From an uncultured Pelagibacteraceae bacterium (lineage in GTDB: Bacteria > Pseudomonadota > Alphaproteobacteria > Pelagibacterales > Pelagibacteraceae): a stretch of 64,000 nucleotides of DNA. The translations under genes and the position numbers were made by a program. The notes under the pieces were generated by a model. That model was not told the origin of the DNA, searched no databases, and saw nothing but the letters and a program-made list of their open reading frames with translations. Below, in pieces: positions 48,449 to 58,282 of this stretch. The stretch lies in the NCBI GenBank assembly GCA_902555655.1, contig CACDSX010000002.1, forward strand, positions 21,849-85,848. Direction: 5' to 3'. The stretch's first letter is position 1. Each line of letters begins with the position of its first letter.

Positions 48449-48467
48449 ACCTTTGAAATGTGTCTGC

Positions 48468-50393
48468 TTAACCTTTGCCTCTCCAAGGGATGTATTTGTC
48501 TATAAGTTTTCTTAAGGTTACGTCAAACAAAAGACCAAGCATTCCCATTATAAAAATTGTTATCCAAATCACCTCATATTGAAAATATTTTTTTGCAACA
48601 TTTTCAACAAAACCAATACCAGTTGTTCCAGCTAAAAATTCAGCAGCAACCAATGTTCCCCAACACATACCTACTGCAACTCTAATTCCAGTAAGAATTT
48701 CTGGTAAAGAATTTGGGAAAATTACATGTCTAAGTATTTGTTTTTTAGATGCTCCCAATGAGTGAGCAGCGTGAATTTTTGAAAGTTGAGTTCCAGATGC
48801 TCCTGCTCTTGCTGAAATTATCATAATTGAAAGTGAGACCATAAATAATAAAAATACTTTTCCAGTATTATCAATACCTAGCACTGAAATGATTAATGGT
48901 GCCCAAGCTAAAGGGGGAACAGGTCTATAAAGTTCAATTAGAGGATCAAAAAAGCCTTTAGCAAATCTGTTTAATCCCATAAATAATCCTAAAGGAACAC
49001 CTATAATAATTCCAAAAACTAATCCTAAGAAAACTCTCAGAAAAGAGTCCCAGATATGTCCATAAGGAACAGGTATTTTTAACAATCTAAAATCACCAGT
49101 TACAATTTTAAGAACAGCACCTTTAAAGTTTTGTTTTACTATTCCATCTTTAGTATGAACAGGATATTCGCCTGGCAAAATGTCTGCAATCCAATCAGGC
49201 AAAATAAAACCAACTACACCACTTATGTCGACCATTTTTATCCACAGAAGAGGGATATCTTTGTAACCAACACTTGGTTTTGACATTAAGATGAATTTAT
49301 TTAAAGTATCTGATGGTTTCGGAAGCCATCTACCAGAACCTTGCTCTGAACAACTTGGTCCACTTGCAACAATTGTTCCAGCAGGAAATAAAAAAATATC
49401 AATGAATCTTAATCCGCCTTGAATTTTTATTTGAGCATTATCAAATTTAACAATGGCATTTTGCATTTTATCTAATGCATTTGGTGGATAGATACTTGCA
49501 AACTCTATTCTTCTTGCTATTTTGACTATATTTTTAGCATAGGTAGAGGCTACTTCTTCACTATCATCTAGCTCTTTTCTGTAAGCTTTAACATTATCTT
49601 TAATTTCTTTTAATTTGTTTTTAAATTGTGGATTGTGGTTTCGTAATTTAAAAAATTCATCACTTATTAAATTTAATTCTTGAGCTGCGGTATGAAATTT
49701 TAAACCCCTATCTGTTGCAGGAATTAAAGGTACCTCTATTGTATTTTCTATAGTTCCAGATCCTGCATTTACTTTTGTAATACCCCAACCGCCTTCTTCA
49801 TTTACTGCTTTAAGTCTCTCATTTAACTCTCGTTCTGTTTCAAATGGATAATCTGGTTTTTGAAAATTTTCAGTTAATAGGTTAATTTTACCTGTGATTT
49901 CAGCTAATTTTTGTTTAGTTTCGTTTTCGAGTAAATCTTCGTTAGTTAATAATGGGATTAATTGACTAGTTTTGTTTATGAAACTTACAAGAATATTTTT
50001 TTGTTGATTATTAAGTTCAGCAGAATTTTGTATTTCATTTGAAATAAGAGCGAGATTCCTATTCTCTTGTTTAATTTGAGAAGTACTTTTTAATTCCCTT
50101 TCTTCTATGGGAAATTGATATTTTAATCCTAATAATGAGTCATTAACTTTGGCAACCTGGCAAAGTTCGTTAGCAGATTTTGGATAAAATCCTTTTGCAA
50201 TATCCCAAGAATAATAAAGCCAAACTAAAAGAAGAAAACTACTCCCGACAATAATCCAATGAGTACCACCCAATGCTCTCTCAGGATTTCCAAAAACTGC
50301 ATCAACTTTTTCAGTCTTAATTAAACGCCTTCCATAAAGAATACAGCCAATAACAGCAACAAATATTAAGAAAGTTATTATTTGAGTTAACAT
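48468..50393 (-). CDS. tauC: Taurine-type ABC permease with a long N-terminal extension
   Basis: C-terminal RPVPPLAWAPL, AAHSLGA, LVAAE; about 440 extra N-terminal residues. Confidence 0.8.
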   Translation of the reverse strand: MLTQIITFLIFVAVIGCILYGRRLIKTEKVDAVFGNPERALGGTHWIIVGSSFLLLVWLYYSWDIAKGFYPKSANELCQVAKVNDSLLGLKYQFPIEERELKSTSQIKQENRNLALISNEIQNSAELNNQQKNILVSFINKTSQLIPLLTNEDLLENETKQKLAEITGKINLLTENFQKPDYPFETERELNERLKAVNEEGGWGITKVNAGSGTIENTIEVPLIPATDRGLKFHTAAQELNLISDEFFKLRNHNPQFKNKLKEIKDNVKAYRKELDDSEEVASTYAKNIVKIARRIEFASIYPPNALDKMQNAIVKFDNAQIKIQGGLRFIDIFLFPAGTIVASGPSCSEQGSGRWLPKPSDTLNKFILMSKPSVGYKDIPLLWIKMVDISGVVGFILPDWIADILPGEYPVHTKDGIVKQNFKGAVLKIVTGDFRLLKIPVPYGHIWDSFLRVFLGLVFGIIIGVPLGLFMGLNRFAKGFFDPLIELYRPVPPLAWAPLIISVLGIDNTGKVFLLFMVSLSIMIISARAGASGTQLSKIHAAHSLGASKKQILRHVIFPNSLPEILTGIRVAVGMCWGTLVAAEFLAGTTGIGFVENVAKKYFQYEVIWITIFIMGMLGLLFDVTLRKLIDKYIPWRGKG

Positions 50394-51191
50394 TTAAATA
50401 TCTTTTCCCATAATTTCTTCTTCCATGTTCCAAATCATTTCCAATATCTCTTCTCGCTTAGCAGAAAAATCTTTATTTTTTTTAATCTCTCTTAAGTCTT
50501 GTTTCAAACCCATTGAAGCAAAGGGAAGATTATATTCTTTATGTATACGACCTGGTCGGGGAGCCATTACATATAGTCTTTCACCAAGCAATAAAGCTTC
50601 CTCAACTGAGTGAGTAATTAAAATAATTGTTTTTCCAGTTTCCTTCCATATTTTTAAAACCAAAGACTGCATTTTTTCTCTTGTTAAAGCATCAAGAGCT
50701 CCCAAAGGTTCATCCATTAAAATTAAATCTGGATCATTGATAAGACATCTTGCTAAAGCAACTCTCTGCTGCATCCCTCCCGATAATTGATAAGTCGGAG
50801 TATTTCCAAAACCTTTTAATCCAACAATATCTAACCATTCATCAACTTTTTTTGCTGTCCTAATTGGATCTTCTTTTTTCATTCTTAATCCAAAGTTGAC
50901 ATTTTCTGATACAGTTAACCACTCGAACAATGCTCCTTGTTGAAAAACCATTCCTCTTTCGACACCTGGTCCATCAATTTCGTTATTATTTAGTGTGATA
51001 ATTCCAGAAGTTGGTCTAATAAATCCTGCGGTGATATTTAATAAAGTTGTTTTACCACAACCCGATGGTCCAAGAACTGTTAATAGTTCTCCTTTTTTAA
51101 GAGTAAAATTTACATCTTTTAATGCGTGAACTGTTTCTCCTTTAGGAGTTTTAAAAATCATGTTTAGATTTTGAGAAACTAAATCACTCAT
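50394..51191 (-). CDS. tauB: Taurine-type ABC ATP-binding subunit
   Basis: GPSGCGKTT, LSGGMQQRV, DEPLGALDALTRE, THSVEEA. Confidence 0.85.
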   Translation of the reverse strand: MSDLVSQNLNMIFKTPKGETVHALKDVNFTLKKGELLTVLGPSGCGKTTLLNITAGFIRPTSGIITLNNNEIDGPGVERGMVFQQGALFEWLTVSENVNFGLRMKKEDPIRTAKKVDEWLDIVGLKGFGNTPTYQLSGGMQQRVALARCLINDPDLILMDEPLGALDALTREKMQSLVLKIWKETGKTIILITHSVEEALLLGERLYVMAPRPGRIHKEYNLPFASMGLKQDLREIKKNKDFSAKREEILEMIWNMEEEIMGKDI

Positions 51192-51217
51192 AAATAACTT
51201 TGTATTTAAATTTTGTT

Positions 51218-51255
51218 AAAAAAATAGGCACCAATTTATTAAATTGGCGCCTATT
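51218..51255 (-). terminator. Terminator/attenuating hairpin after tauA
   Basis: Minus strand AATAGGCGCCAATTT-AAT-AAATTGGTGCCTATT followed by a T-tract. Confidence 0.85.
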
Positions 51256-51277
51256 AAATTTTTCTTTCTCTATAAAA

Positions 51278-52219
51278 TTATAGAGGTAAGAAACTAGTGT
51301 CTACGTTTCCTCTTGGTGTTCCCATTCCTTTTAGGAATGCATCAAGATTTCCACTTTCCATAGATTTTTTAGTTTCTTCTGGAGAAAGAAATTTAAAGCC
51401 ACTTAAAGTGTCTTTCATGTCTCCAACTTTCATTTCAGAAGCTTTAGCCATTACATTCATATTGCTTTTACCAGCTTTATATCTTGCATTAGCTTCATGA
51501 GTTACTTCTATAAAAGTTCTTAACATACCAGGATTTTCCTTCATAAACTTTGTAGTTACTGAAGTAATATCTATTCCTAAGATACCTGCAGCTCTAGCTT
51601 CATCAACAGTAAGTAATCTTGAACCTACAGCAACTGCAGCTTTAATAGAGTTACCACCAAATAAACATGCCATTACAACATCACCACTTACTAAAGCAGC
51701 AGCTCCTTCTTCAGGGTCCATTTGAATAATATCCATTTTACCTCTGTCAGCTCCAACAACTTTCATACTTTCGTCGAAAACATACTCAGCCATTGTTCCT
51801 AGTGGAACAGCAACTTTTTTGCCCTCTAACTCAGTAGCGTTTGCTTTTGTAATTCCAGAAGCGTTAGAAGTAACACAAGTTGTTCCTCCCATTCCGTATT
51901 CCATAGCAATATCTACAAGTTTGATAGGTGCTTTAGATTTTACTGCATTAATAAAAGGGACTAATCCTTGTGAGTAAGAAATATCAATATCTCCCGCTAA
52001 CATTGCATCAGTCATTGCTCCACCGTTAGTGAAATTTGTCCACTTAACTGGAACTCCAAGAGCTTTTGCAAATGCTTTTTTCTGCATATCCTCTAAGTTT
52101 GGACTTGGCCATTCTAAAAAGTAAGCGACTCTAACTTCATTTGCTGCTGAATTAGCAACAGAAATATTTAAGTTAAGAGCTACAAAACATCCTATTAGAA
52201 AACTAATTATTTTTTTCAT
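51278..52219 (-). CDS. tauA: Taurine-type ABC substrate-binding protein
   Basis: Signal peptide; VAYFLEW, AMLAGDIDI, GKKVAVPLGT; with tauB/C, aminotransferase and ald. Confidence 0.78.
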   Translation of the reverse strand: MKKIISFLIGCFVALNLNISVANSAANEVRVAYFLEWPSPNLEDMQKKAFAKALGVPVKWTNFTNGGAMTDAMLAGDIDISYSQGLVPFINAVKSKAPIKLVDIAMEYGMGGTTCVTSNASGITKANATELEGKKVAVPLGTMAEYVFDESMKVVGADRGKMDIIQMDPEEGAAALVSGDVVMACLFGGNSIKAAVAVGSRLLTVDEARAAGILGIDITSVTTKFMKENPGMLRTFIEVTHEANARYKAGKSNMNVMAKASEMKVGDMKDTLSGFKFLSPEETKKSMESGNLDAFLKGMGTPRGNVDTSFLPL

Positions 52220-52338
52220 TTGTTCCTCTTTGTTGATTTATAATAGTAATAGTTAAAATTAAATTTGACTGGATGTAAAACAAAAAAATGCTAATTTTTA
52301 ATACAACTTTGAGTTGCGTCAATTATTTTGGTGGTTAA

Positions 52339-52357
52339 TTAGACTTATTTAGTCTAA
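52339..52357. promoter_or_regulatory. Palindrome in the divergent tauA/aminotransferase spacer
   Basis: TTAGACT-TATTT-AGTCTAA. Confidence 0.4.
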
Positions 52358-52404
52358 AGAAACTTTAACTAAGATATTATAAATTAATTTAAAATAGAAT
52401 TTTT

Positions 52405-53751
52405 ATGAGCTCAGAAAACAGAACTTCAGTTCCAAATTCATTAAATGAACACTGGATGCCATTTACATCTAATAAGGATTTTAAACAAAATCCAAGATTG
52501 ATTACTGAAGCAAAAGGTGTTTACTTGAAAACACACCATGGAAAAACACAAATTGATGCAAGCTCAGGATTATTTTGTAATCCACTGGGTCATGGAAGAA
52601 AAGAAATTACAGAAGCTGTTACAAAACAATTAGAGACACTTGATTATGCACAACCTTTTCAACAAGGCTTTGGTGGATCTTTTGAATTAGCAACAAAAAT
52701 TGCGAAACATACTCCAGGAGATCTTAATAAGATTTTTTATACAATTTGTGGATCTACCGCAGTTGAGACTGCTCTTAAAATTGCAATTGCTTACCACAGA
52801 GCTAAAGGACACGCTGAAAGATTTAGGTTTGTAGGTAGAGAACGGGGATATCATGGAATGAATATTGGCTGTATTTCAGTTGGTGGAATGGTCAATAATG
52901 TTAAAACATTTGCCAGTGTTTTAATGCCTGGTGTTCAACATATTAGTCATACACACTTACCAGAACACAAATTTGTGAGTGGTCAACCAGAAACAGGTGA
53001 TTATCTTGCTAATGATTTAGAAACTATTTGTCAAAACTTTGGTGGTGAAAATATTGCAGCATGTATAGTTGAACCAATTGCTGGATCTACAGGCACTTTA
53101 GTTCCACCTAAAGGATACTTGCAAAAACTTAGACAGATCTGTGATAAACATGGAATTCTTTTAATTTTTGATGAAGTAATAACTGGATGGGGTAGAACAG
53201 GATCTAAATTTGGAGCACATGAGTTTGGAGTTACTCCAGATATAATGACAATGGCAAAAGCTACAACTAATGGAGTTGTTCCAATGGGGGTTGTTGCTTG
53301 CAATGACTATATTTACGATGCTGTTATGGACTCATCTCCAATGGGATCAGTTGAACTATTTCATGGTTACACTTATTCAGGAATTCCAGTTGCTGTTGCA
53401 GCTGCATTAGCTGTTCAAGATATTTTTGAAAAAGAAGATATTTTTAACAGAGCAAAAAATTTAGCACCTTATTTCCAAAAAGGTTTATTTTCTCTTCAAG
53501 ATTTAGAGTCAGTGGACAATATTAGAGGTTATGGAATGATGGGTGGTATAGATATGAAGTTAAATACTAAACCTGGTAAAGCTGGTTATGAATGTTTTAA
53601 AGCTTGTTATGAAGCAGGGGTAAACTTTAAAGCAACAGGTGATTGTTTAATAATTGCTCCTCAGTTTATTTGTGAAAAAAAACATATTGATGAGATTATT
53701 GATAAACTTAGAACAGGTATCACTAATTATCAAAAGAACCAAAAAAACTAG
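52405..53751 (+). CDS. Class III omega-amino acid:pyruvate aminotransferase (taurine/beta-alanine)
   Basis: WMPFT, GSTAVE, GYHG, EPIAGSTG, FDEVITGWGR, MAK (PLP Lys), HGYTYSG. Confidence 0.88.
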   Translation: MSSENRTSVPNSLNEHWMPFTSNKDFKQNPRLITEAKGVYLKTHHGKTQIDASSGLFCNPLGHGRKEITEAVTKQLETLDYAQPFQQGFGGSFELATKIAKHTPGDLNKIFYTICGSTAVETALKIAIAYHRAKGHAERFRFVGRERGYHGMNIGCISVGGMVNNVKTFASVLMPGVQHISHTHLPEHKFVSGQPETGDYLANDLETICQNFGGENIAACIVEPIAGSTGTLVPPKGYLQKLRQICDKHGILLIFDEVITGWGRTGSKFGAHEFGVTPDIMTMAKATTNGVVPMGVVACNDYIYDAVMDSSPMGSVELFHGYTYSGIPVAVAAALAVQDIFEKEDIFNRAKNLAPYFQKGLFSLQDLESVDNIRGYGMMGGIDMKLNTKPGKAGYECFKACYEAGVNFKATGDCLIIAPQFICEKKHIDEIIDKLRTGITNYQKNQKN

Positions 53752-53791
53752 TTAGTTAATTTTTTTTATATATAGTTAATAGAGAGAGATA

Positions 53792-54910
53792 ATGCGGATA
53801 GGCGTACCTAAAGAAATAAAACCACAAGAAAATAGAATTGGGTTAACACCTGAAAGTGTAAAAACTTTAGTCTCAGAAGGTCATGAAGTTTTAGTTGAAA
53901 ATAATGGTGGTTTTGAAGCTGGTTTCGAAAATGATCAATATATAAAAGCTGGTGCTAAAATAGCTAGTAGTGCAGCTGACATTTTCAATGATGCTGAAAT
54001 AATTGTTAAAGTAAAAGAGCCTCAAAAAGTTGAAGTGGATATGATTAGAGAAAATCAAATTGTTTATACTTATCTTCATTTAGCTGCTGCAAAAGAACTT
54101 ACAGAGGGATTAATAAAATCTAAAAGTATTAACATTGCTTATGAAACTGTTACTGATGATAATGGTAGACTTCCTTTGCTAGCACCTATGAGTGCTGTTG
54201 CGGGACGAATGTCTGTTCAAGCAGGGGCACATTGTTTAGAAAAAAATCAAAAAGGCAGAGGTCTTTTATTAGGAGGTGCGCCAGGAGTAACTGGTGGAAC
54301 AGTTGTTATTTTAGGTGGTGGAGTAGTCGGGGAAAATGCTGCAGTTATAGCAACAGGAATGCAAGCTAAAGTTCATATAGTTGATAAATCAGAAGCAAGA
54401 CTCAATCAATTAGTCGAAATGTTTGGTGATAAAATTATTCCTGAACAAAGTGATAAAATAGATTTAAATAATTTAATTGCAGAAGCAGATTTAGTAGTTG
54501 GAGGTGTGCTTATACCCGGAGCTGAAGCACCAAAATTAGTTACAAAAGATATGTTAAAATTAATGAAAAGAGGTTCTGTAATAGTTGATGTAGCAATAGA
54601 CCAAGGAGGGTGTGTTGAAACTAGCAAGCCAACAACTCATGGTGACCCAACGTACATAGTTGATGATGTTGTTCATTATTGTGTAGCAAATATGCCTGGT
54701 GGAGTTCCTAGAACTTCAACATTAGCTTTAAATAAAGCAACACTTCCTTTTTTAGTAAAATTAGCAAACAAAGGTTACCAAAAAGCTTTAGGGGAAGATA
54801 AAAACTTTTTAGCAGGATTAAATGTTCATAAAGGCCATGTGACTTATAAAGCAGTTGCAGATGTATTTGGACACGAATATCTTGATCCTGGAGAAGCTAT
54901 CAAAAATTAA
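53792..54910 (+). CDS. ald: Alanine dehydrogenase
   Basis: GVPKEIK..ENR, KVKEP, YLHLA, PMSAVAGR, AIDQGG, VANMPG. Confidence 0.96.
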   Translation: MRIGVPKEIKPQENRIGLTPESVKTLVSEGHEVLVENNGGFEAGFENDQYIKAGAKIASSAADIFNDAEIIVKVKEPQKVEVDMIRENQIVYTYLHLAAAKELTEGLIKSKSINIAYETVTDDNGRLPLLAPMSAVAGRMSVQAGAHCLEKNQKGRGLLLGGAPGVTGGTVVILGGGVVGENAAVIATGMQAKVHIVDKSEARLNQLVEMFGDKIIPEQSDKIDLNNLIAEADLVVGGVLIPGAEAPKLVTKDMLKLMKRGSVIVDVAIDQGGCVETSKPTTHGDPTYIVDDVVHYCVANMPGGVPRTSTLALNKATLPFLVKLANKGYQKALGEDKNFLAGLNVHKGHVTYKAVADVFGHEYLDPGEAIKN

Positions 54911-54914
54911 TTAA

Positions 54915-57359
54915 ATGGAAAAAAAACTACCAAATAGCACTAAGGTTGTTGTTATTGGAGGTGGTGTAGTAGGTTGTTCTGTTGCTTATCACTTAGCTAA
55001 ATTTGGTTGGAAAGATACAATTCTTTTAGAAAGAGATCAGTTAACATCAGGAACAACTTGGCATGCAGCAGGATTGGTTAGTCAATTAGGTCCAACAGCT
55101 GCAATAACTAAGATAAGAAAATATACATTAGATTTATATAAAAAACTTGAAAAGGAAGTTGATCATTCTGCGGGTTTAAGATTAAACGGTGCCCTTTCAA
55201 TTGCTCAAAATAAAGGAAGATGGCAAGAACTTCAAAGACAAGCAACTACGGCACAACTTTATGATGTTGATGTAAGAATTTTAGATAAAAATCAAATTAA
55301 AAAAGATTATCCAATTATTAATACCGATGAAGTCATTGGTGGAATTTTAATGCCTGGAGATGGTGCTGCTGATCCATCAGGTGTTACTCACATGTTAGCT
55401 AAAGCTGCAAGAAAAGAGGGAGCACAAATTTTTGAAAAATCTCCAGTAAATGAAATTTTAACTAAGAATGGAAAAATCTCAGGAGTAAAAGTTAATGGCC
55501 AAGAAATTGAATGTGAATATATTGTTTTAGCCTCTGGAATGTGGTCAAGACAAATTGGAGAAAAAGCTGGAGTAAGTATTCCACTTTATCCAGCGGAGCA
55601 CTTTTATATTATTACTGAACCAATAAAAAATTTGTCTAAAACATTACCTGTAATTAGAGACTTTGATAATCGAACTTATATTAAAGAAGATGCAGGTAAA
55701 ATATTAGTTGGCATTTTTGAGGGAAATTCAATTCCCGCTTGGGATAAGACAAACAAAGTACCAGAAGATTTTTCTTTTGGTGAGTTTCAAGAGAATTTTG
55801 AACATTTCGAACCTTATTTAGCCTCAGCTATTAAAAGATTTCCAGTTTTAGAGTCTGCTGGTATTAGAAAATTCTTTTCAGGACCAGAATCTTTTACACC
55901 TGATACAAATACATTATTAGGAGAAGTGCCAGAAGTTAAAAACTTTTTTGTTTGTTGTGGATTAAATAGTATTGGCATAGGGAGTGGAGGAGGCGTTGGT
56001 AAAGTTACCGCAGAATGGTTAATGACTGGCCATATCAATGAAGATATTTTTAGCTACGATATAAAAAGATTTCAAAAATTTCATTCAGAGTTGGGTTTTA
56101 TTAAAAAAAGGATTACAGAGACCTTAGGGGATTTGTATGGAATGCATTGGCCATTCAAACAACACAAAACCTCAAGGAATATTAAAATTTTACCTCATCA
56201 TGATAGTCTAAAAAGCTTTGGTGCATGTTTTGGTGTTTCAGGTGGCTATGAAAGACCTATGTGGTTTGCTTTAGATGGAGAAAAAACTGAGTATGAATAT
56301 AGTTATAATTATCAGAGCTGGTATCCTTCTGCTGAATATGAGACAAATAATACAATTAAAAATGTTGGTTTGTTTGACTTAACTCCTTTTTCTAAGTTTG
56401 AAATAAAATCAGATAAAGCACATCAAGAGTTACAGAGAATTTGTACTGCAAATATCAAAAATGAGCCTGGTAAATGTGTTTATACACATATGTTAAATTC
56501 TGATGGTGGAATAGAGACTGATTTAACAGTTGTATGTGTTGATAAAAATCATTTTAGAATAATTAGTTCTGCAGCAACAAGAGAGAGAGATAAATTTCAT
56601 ATTAAAAAACATCTTTCAAAAAATATTGAGTTAAAAGATATTACAGATGATTTATGTGTATTTGGTTTGTTTGGTCCAAAAAGTAGAGATTTACTTAAAA
56701 CATTAAGCAAAGATAATTTTGAAAATGATCAATTTAAATTTGGATTTGCAAAGTTTATTACAATTGATGGGGTTAAAATCTGGGCACAAAGATTATCTTA
56801 TGTAGGTGAATTAGGCTATGAGCTATATGTAGATCTTAAAGATGCAAAAAAAATATACGAATTGCTTATAGAAAAAGGTAAAGATTTTAATCTTTCTAAT
56901 TGCGGCATGCACGCGATGGATATTATGCGAATGGAAAGTGGATTTTTACATTGGGGACATGATATTTCCCCTGAAGAAAACCAGTATCAAGCAGGATTAT
57001 CTTTTACCATTAGTAATAAGAAAGAAGTTGATTTTATAGGTAAACAAGCTCTTGAAAAAATTAAACAAGATAAAGTTAAAACTAGATTTTCAATGTTTAC
57101 TTTAAAAGATAGTGAACCAGGAAAACCATTATTACTTCATGATGAACCTATCTATATAGATGATAAGATTATAGGAAGATCTACATCAGGAAATTATTCA
57201 TTTAATTTTAAAAAGAATTTAGTGTTTGGATATATCAATAATGATTTATCTAATGAAGAACTACAATCTAAAAATTTATTTATTGAAGTAGAAAAACAAA
57301 AATATCCTATCTCTATTCAATCTAAGCCCCTTAAACGAACAGATTTTAAAAATCTTTAA
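54915..57359 (+). CDS. FAD-dependent sarcosine/dimethylglycine dehydrogenase-like protein (DAO + GcvT)
   Basis: GGGVVG, TSGTTWHAAG, GPESFTPD, YERP, LSYVGELGYE, RMESG. Confidence 0.88.
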   Translation: MEKKLPNSTKVVVIGGGVVGCSVAYHLAKFGWKDTILLERDQLTSGTTWHAAGLVSQLGPTAAITKIRKYTLDLYKKLEKEVDHSAGLRLNGALSIAQNKGRWQELQRQATTAQLYDVDVRILDKNQIKKDYPIINTDEVIGGILMPGDGAADPSGVTHMLAKAARKEGAQIFEKSPVNEILTKNGKISGVKVNGQEIECEYIVLASGMWSRQIGEKAGVSIPLYPAEHFYIITEPIKNLSKTLPVIRDFDNRTYIKEDAGKILVGIFEGNSIPAWDKTNKVPEDFSFGEFQENFEHFEPYLASAIKRFPVLESAGIRKFFSGPESFTPDTNTLLGEVPEVKNFFVCCGLNSIGIGSGGGVGKVTAEWLMTGHINEDIFSYDIKRFQKFHSELGFIKKRITETLGDLYGMHWPFKQHKTSRNIKILPHHDSLKSFGACFGVSGGYERPMWFALDGEKTEYEYSYNYQSWYPSAEYETNNTIKNVGLFDLTPFSKFEIKSDKAHQELQRICTANIKNEPGKCVYTHMLNSDGGIETDLTVVCVDKNHFRIISSAATRERDKFHIKKHLSKNIELKDITDDLCVFGLFGPKSRDLLKTLSKDNFENDQFKFGFAKFITIDGVKIWAQRLSYVGELGYELYVDLKDAKKIYELLIEKGKDFNLSNCGMHAMDIMRMESGFLHWGHDISPEENQYQAGLSFTISNKKEVDFIGKQALEKIKQDKVKTRFSMFTLKDSEPGKPLLLHDEPIYIDDKIIGRSTSGNYSFNFKKNLVFGYINNDLSNEELQSKNLFIEVEKQKYPISIQSKPLKRTDFKNL

Positions 57360-58211
57360 TTAAGTTTGTCTTCTTAAAATAAAAACAAAAATTACTGAAG
57401 TTGCCATCATGATTAATGCATAAGCGGCAGTTGGAACCATATGTATCATATCATTACCAAATAATTGTATTCCCACAAAAACTGCCAAAGTTCCATTTTG
57501 GAGACCAGCCTCTAAAGATATACATCTTCTTTGAGCCACCCCAGTTGCAAAAAATTTAGCAATATAAAAAGCTACAATCATCATTGTAACATTTAAAGTA
57601 AAAGCAATCATTCCAGCTTTTTCTAAAAACATAACTATGCTATCCCATTCCTCGATATAGATAGCAATAAAAACAATGCAGAATAAACCAATGGATATTT
57701 TATTGATAAATTTCATATTGTTTACAATAAAATTATCTGCAAGTTTTCTAATAATCATTCCAATCAATACTGGAACAGTTACAACCAAAAACATCTTTAA
57801 AGATATACTGAGCATAGAAACCTCTTTTTTGACGTATGTAATGTCAAATAATTCTATTGATAAAAAAACTACATAAGGAACAGACACTATACTAATTAAA
57901 CTTGTAATTGCTGTTAAAGATATGGAAAGTGCAACATCTCCATTTGCAAATTTTGTAAGTACATTTGAGGTTACACCACCAGGTGCTGCAGCTATTAACA
58001 TTACACCTAATGCTAACTCAATTGGAGTTTTTAAAATAATTATTAAAAAATATGCAATAATAGGAAGCAATACCAACTGACAAATTAATCCAATAAAAAA
58101 TTCTTTAGGATTTTGAACCACTCTAGTAAAATCTTGAACTGTTAAAGATGCACCAAGTCCCAACATTATTAATGCTAATGCTATTGGCGCTATTGTTGTT
58201 ACTATTCCCAT
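57360..58211 (-). CDS. Bile acid:sodium symporter (BASS) family transporter
   Basis: MLGLG, PGGVTSN, GDVALS, EAGLQNG. Confidence 0.9.
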   Translation of the reverse strand: MGIVTTIAPIALALIMLGLGASLTVQDFTRVVQNPKEFFIGLICQLVLLPIIAYFLIIILKTPIELALGVMLIAAAPGGVTSNVLTKFANGDVALSISLTAITSLISIVSVPYVVFLSIELFDITYVKKEVSMLSISLKMFLVVTVPVLIGMIIRKLADNFIVNNMKFINKISIGLFCIVFIAIYIEEWDSIVMFLEKAGMIAFTLNVTMMIVAFYIAKFFATGVAQRRCISLEAGLQNGTLAVFVGIQLFGNDMIHMVPTAAYALIMMATSVIFVFILRRQT

Positions 58212-58282
58212 TTCCCTCTAAATGAAATTAATAATTAATAATTAATTAACAGTACATTAAAAATTTTTTAAAAAAAAGTTTT

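Noticed and set aside
54880-54915. Glycine or SAM-type riboswitch ahead of the GcvT-family genes
   Set aside because: The spacer here is only 4 bp, and I could not recognise consensus aptamer motifs in any spacer by eye; an Rfam scan is needed to be definitive
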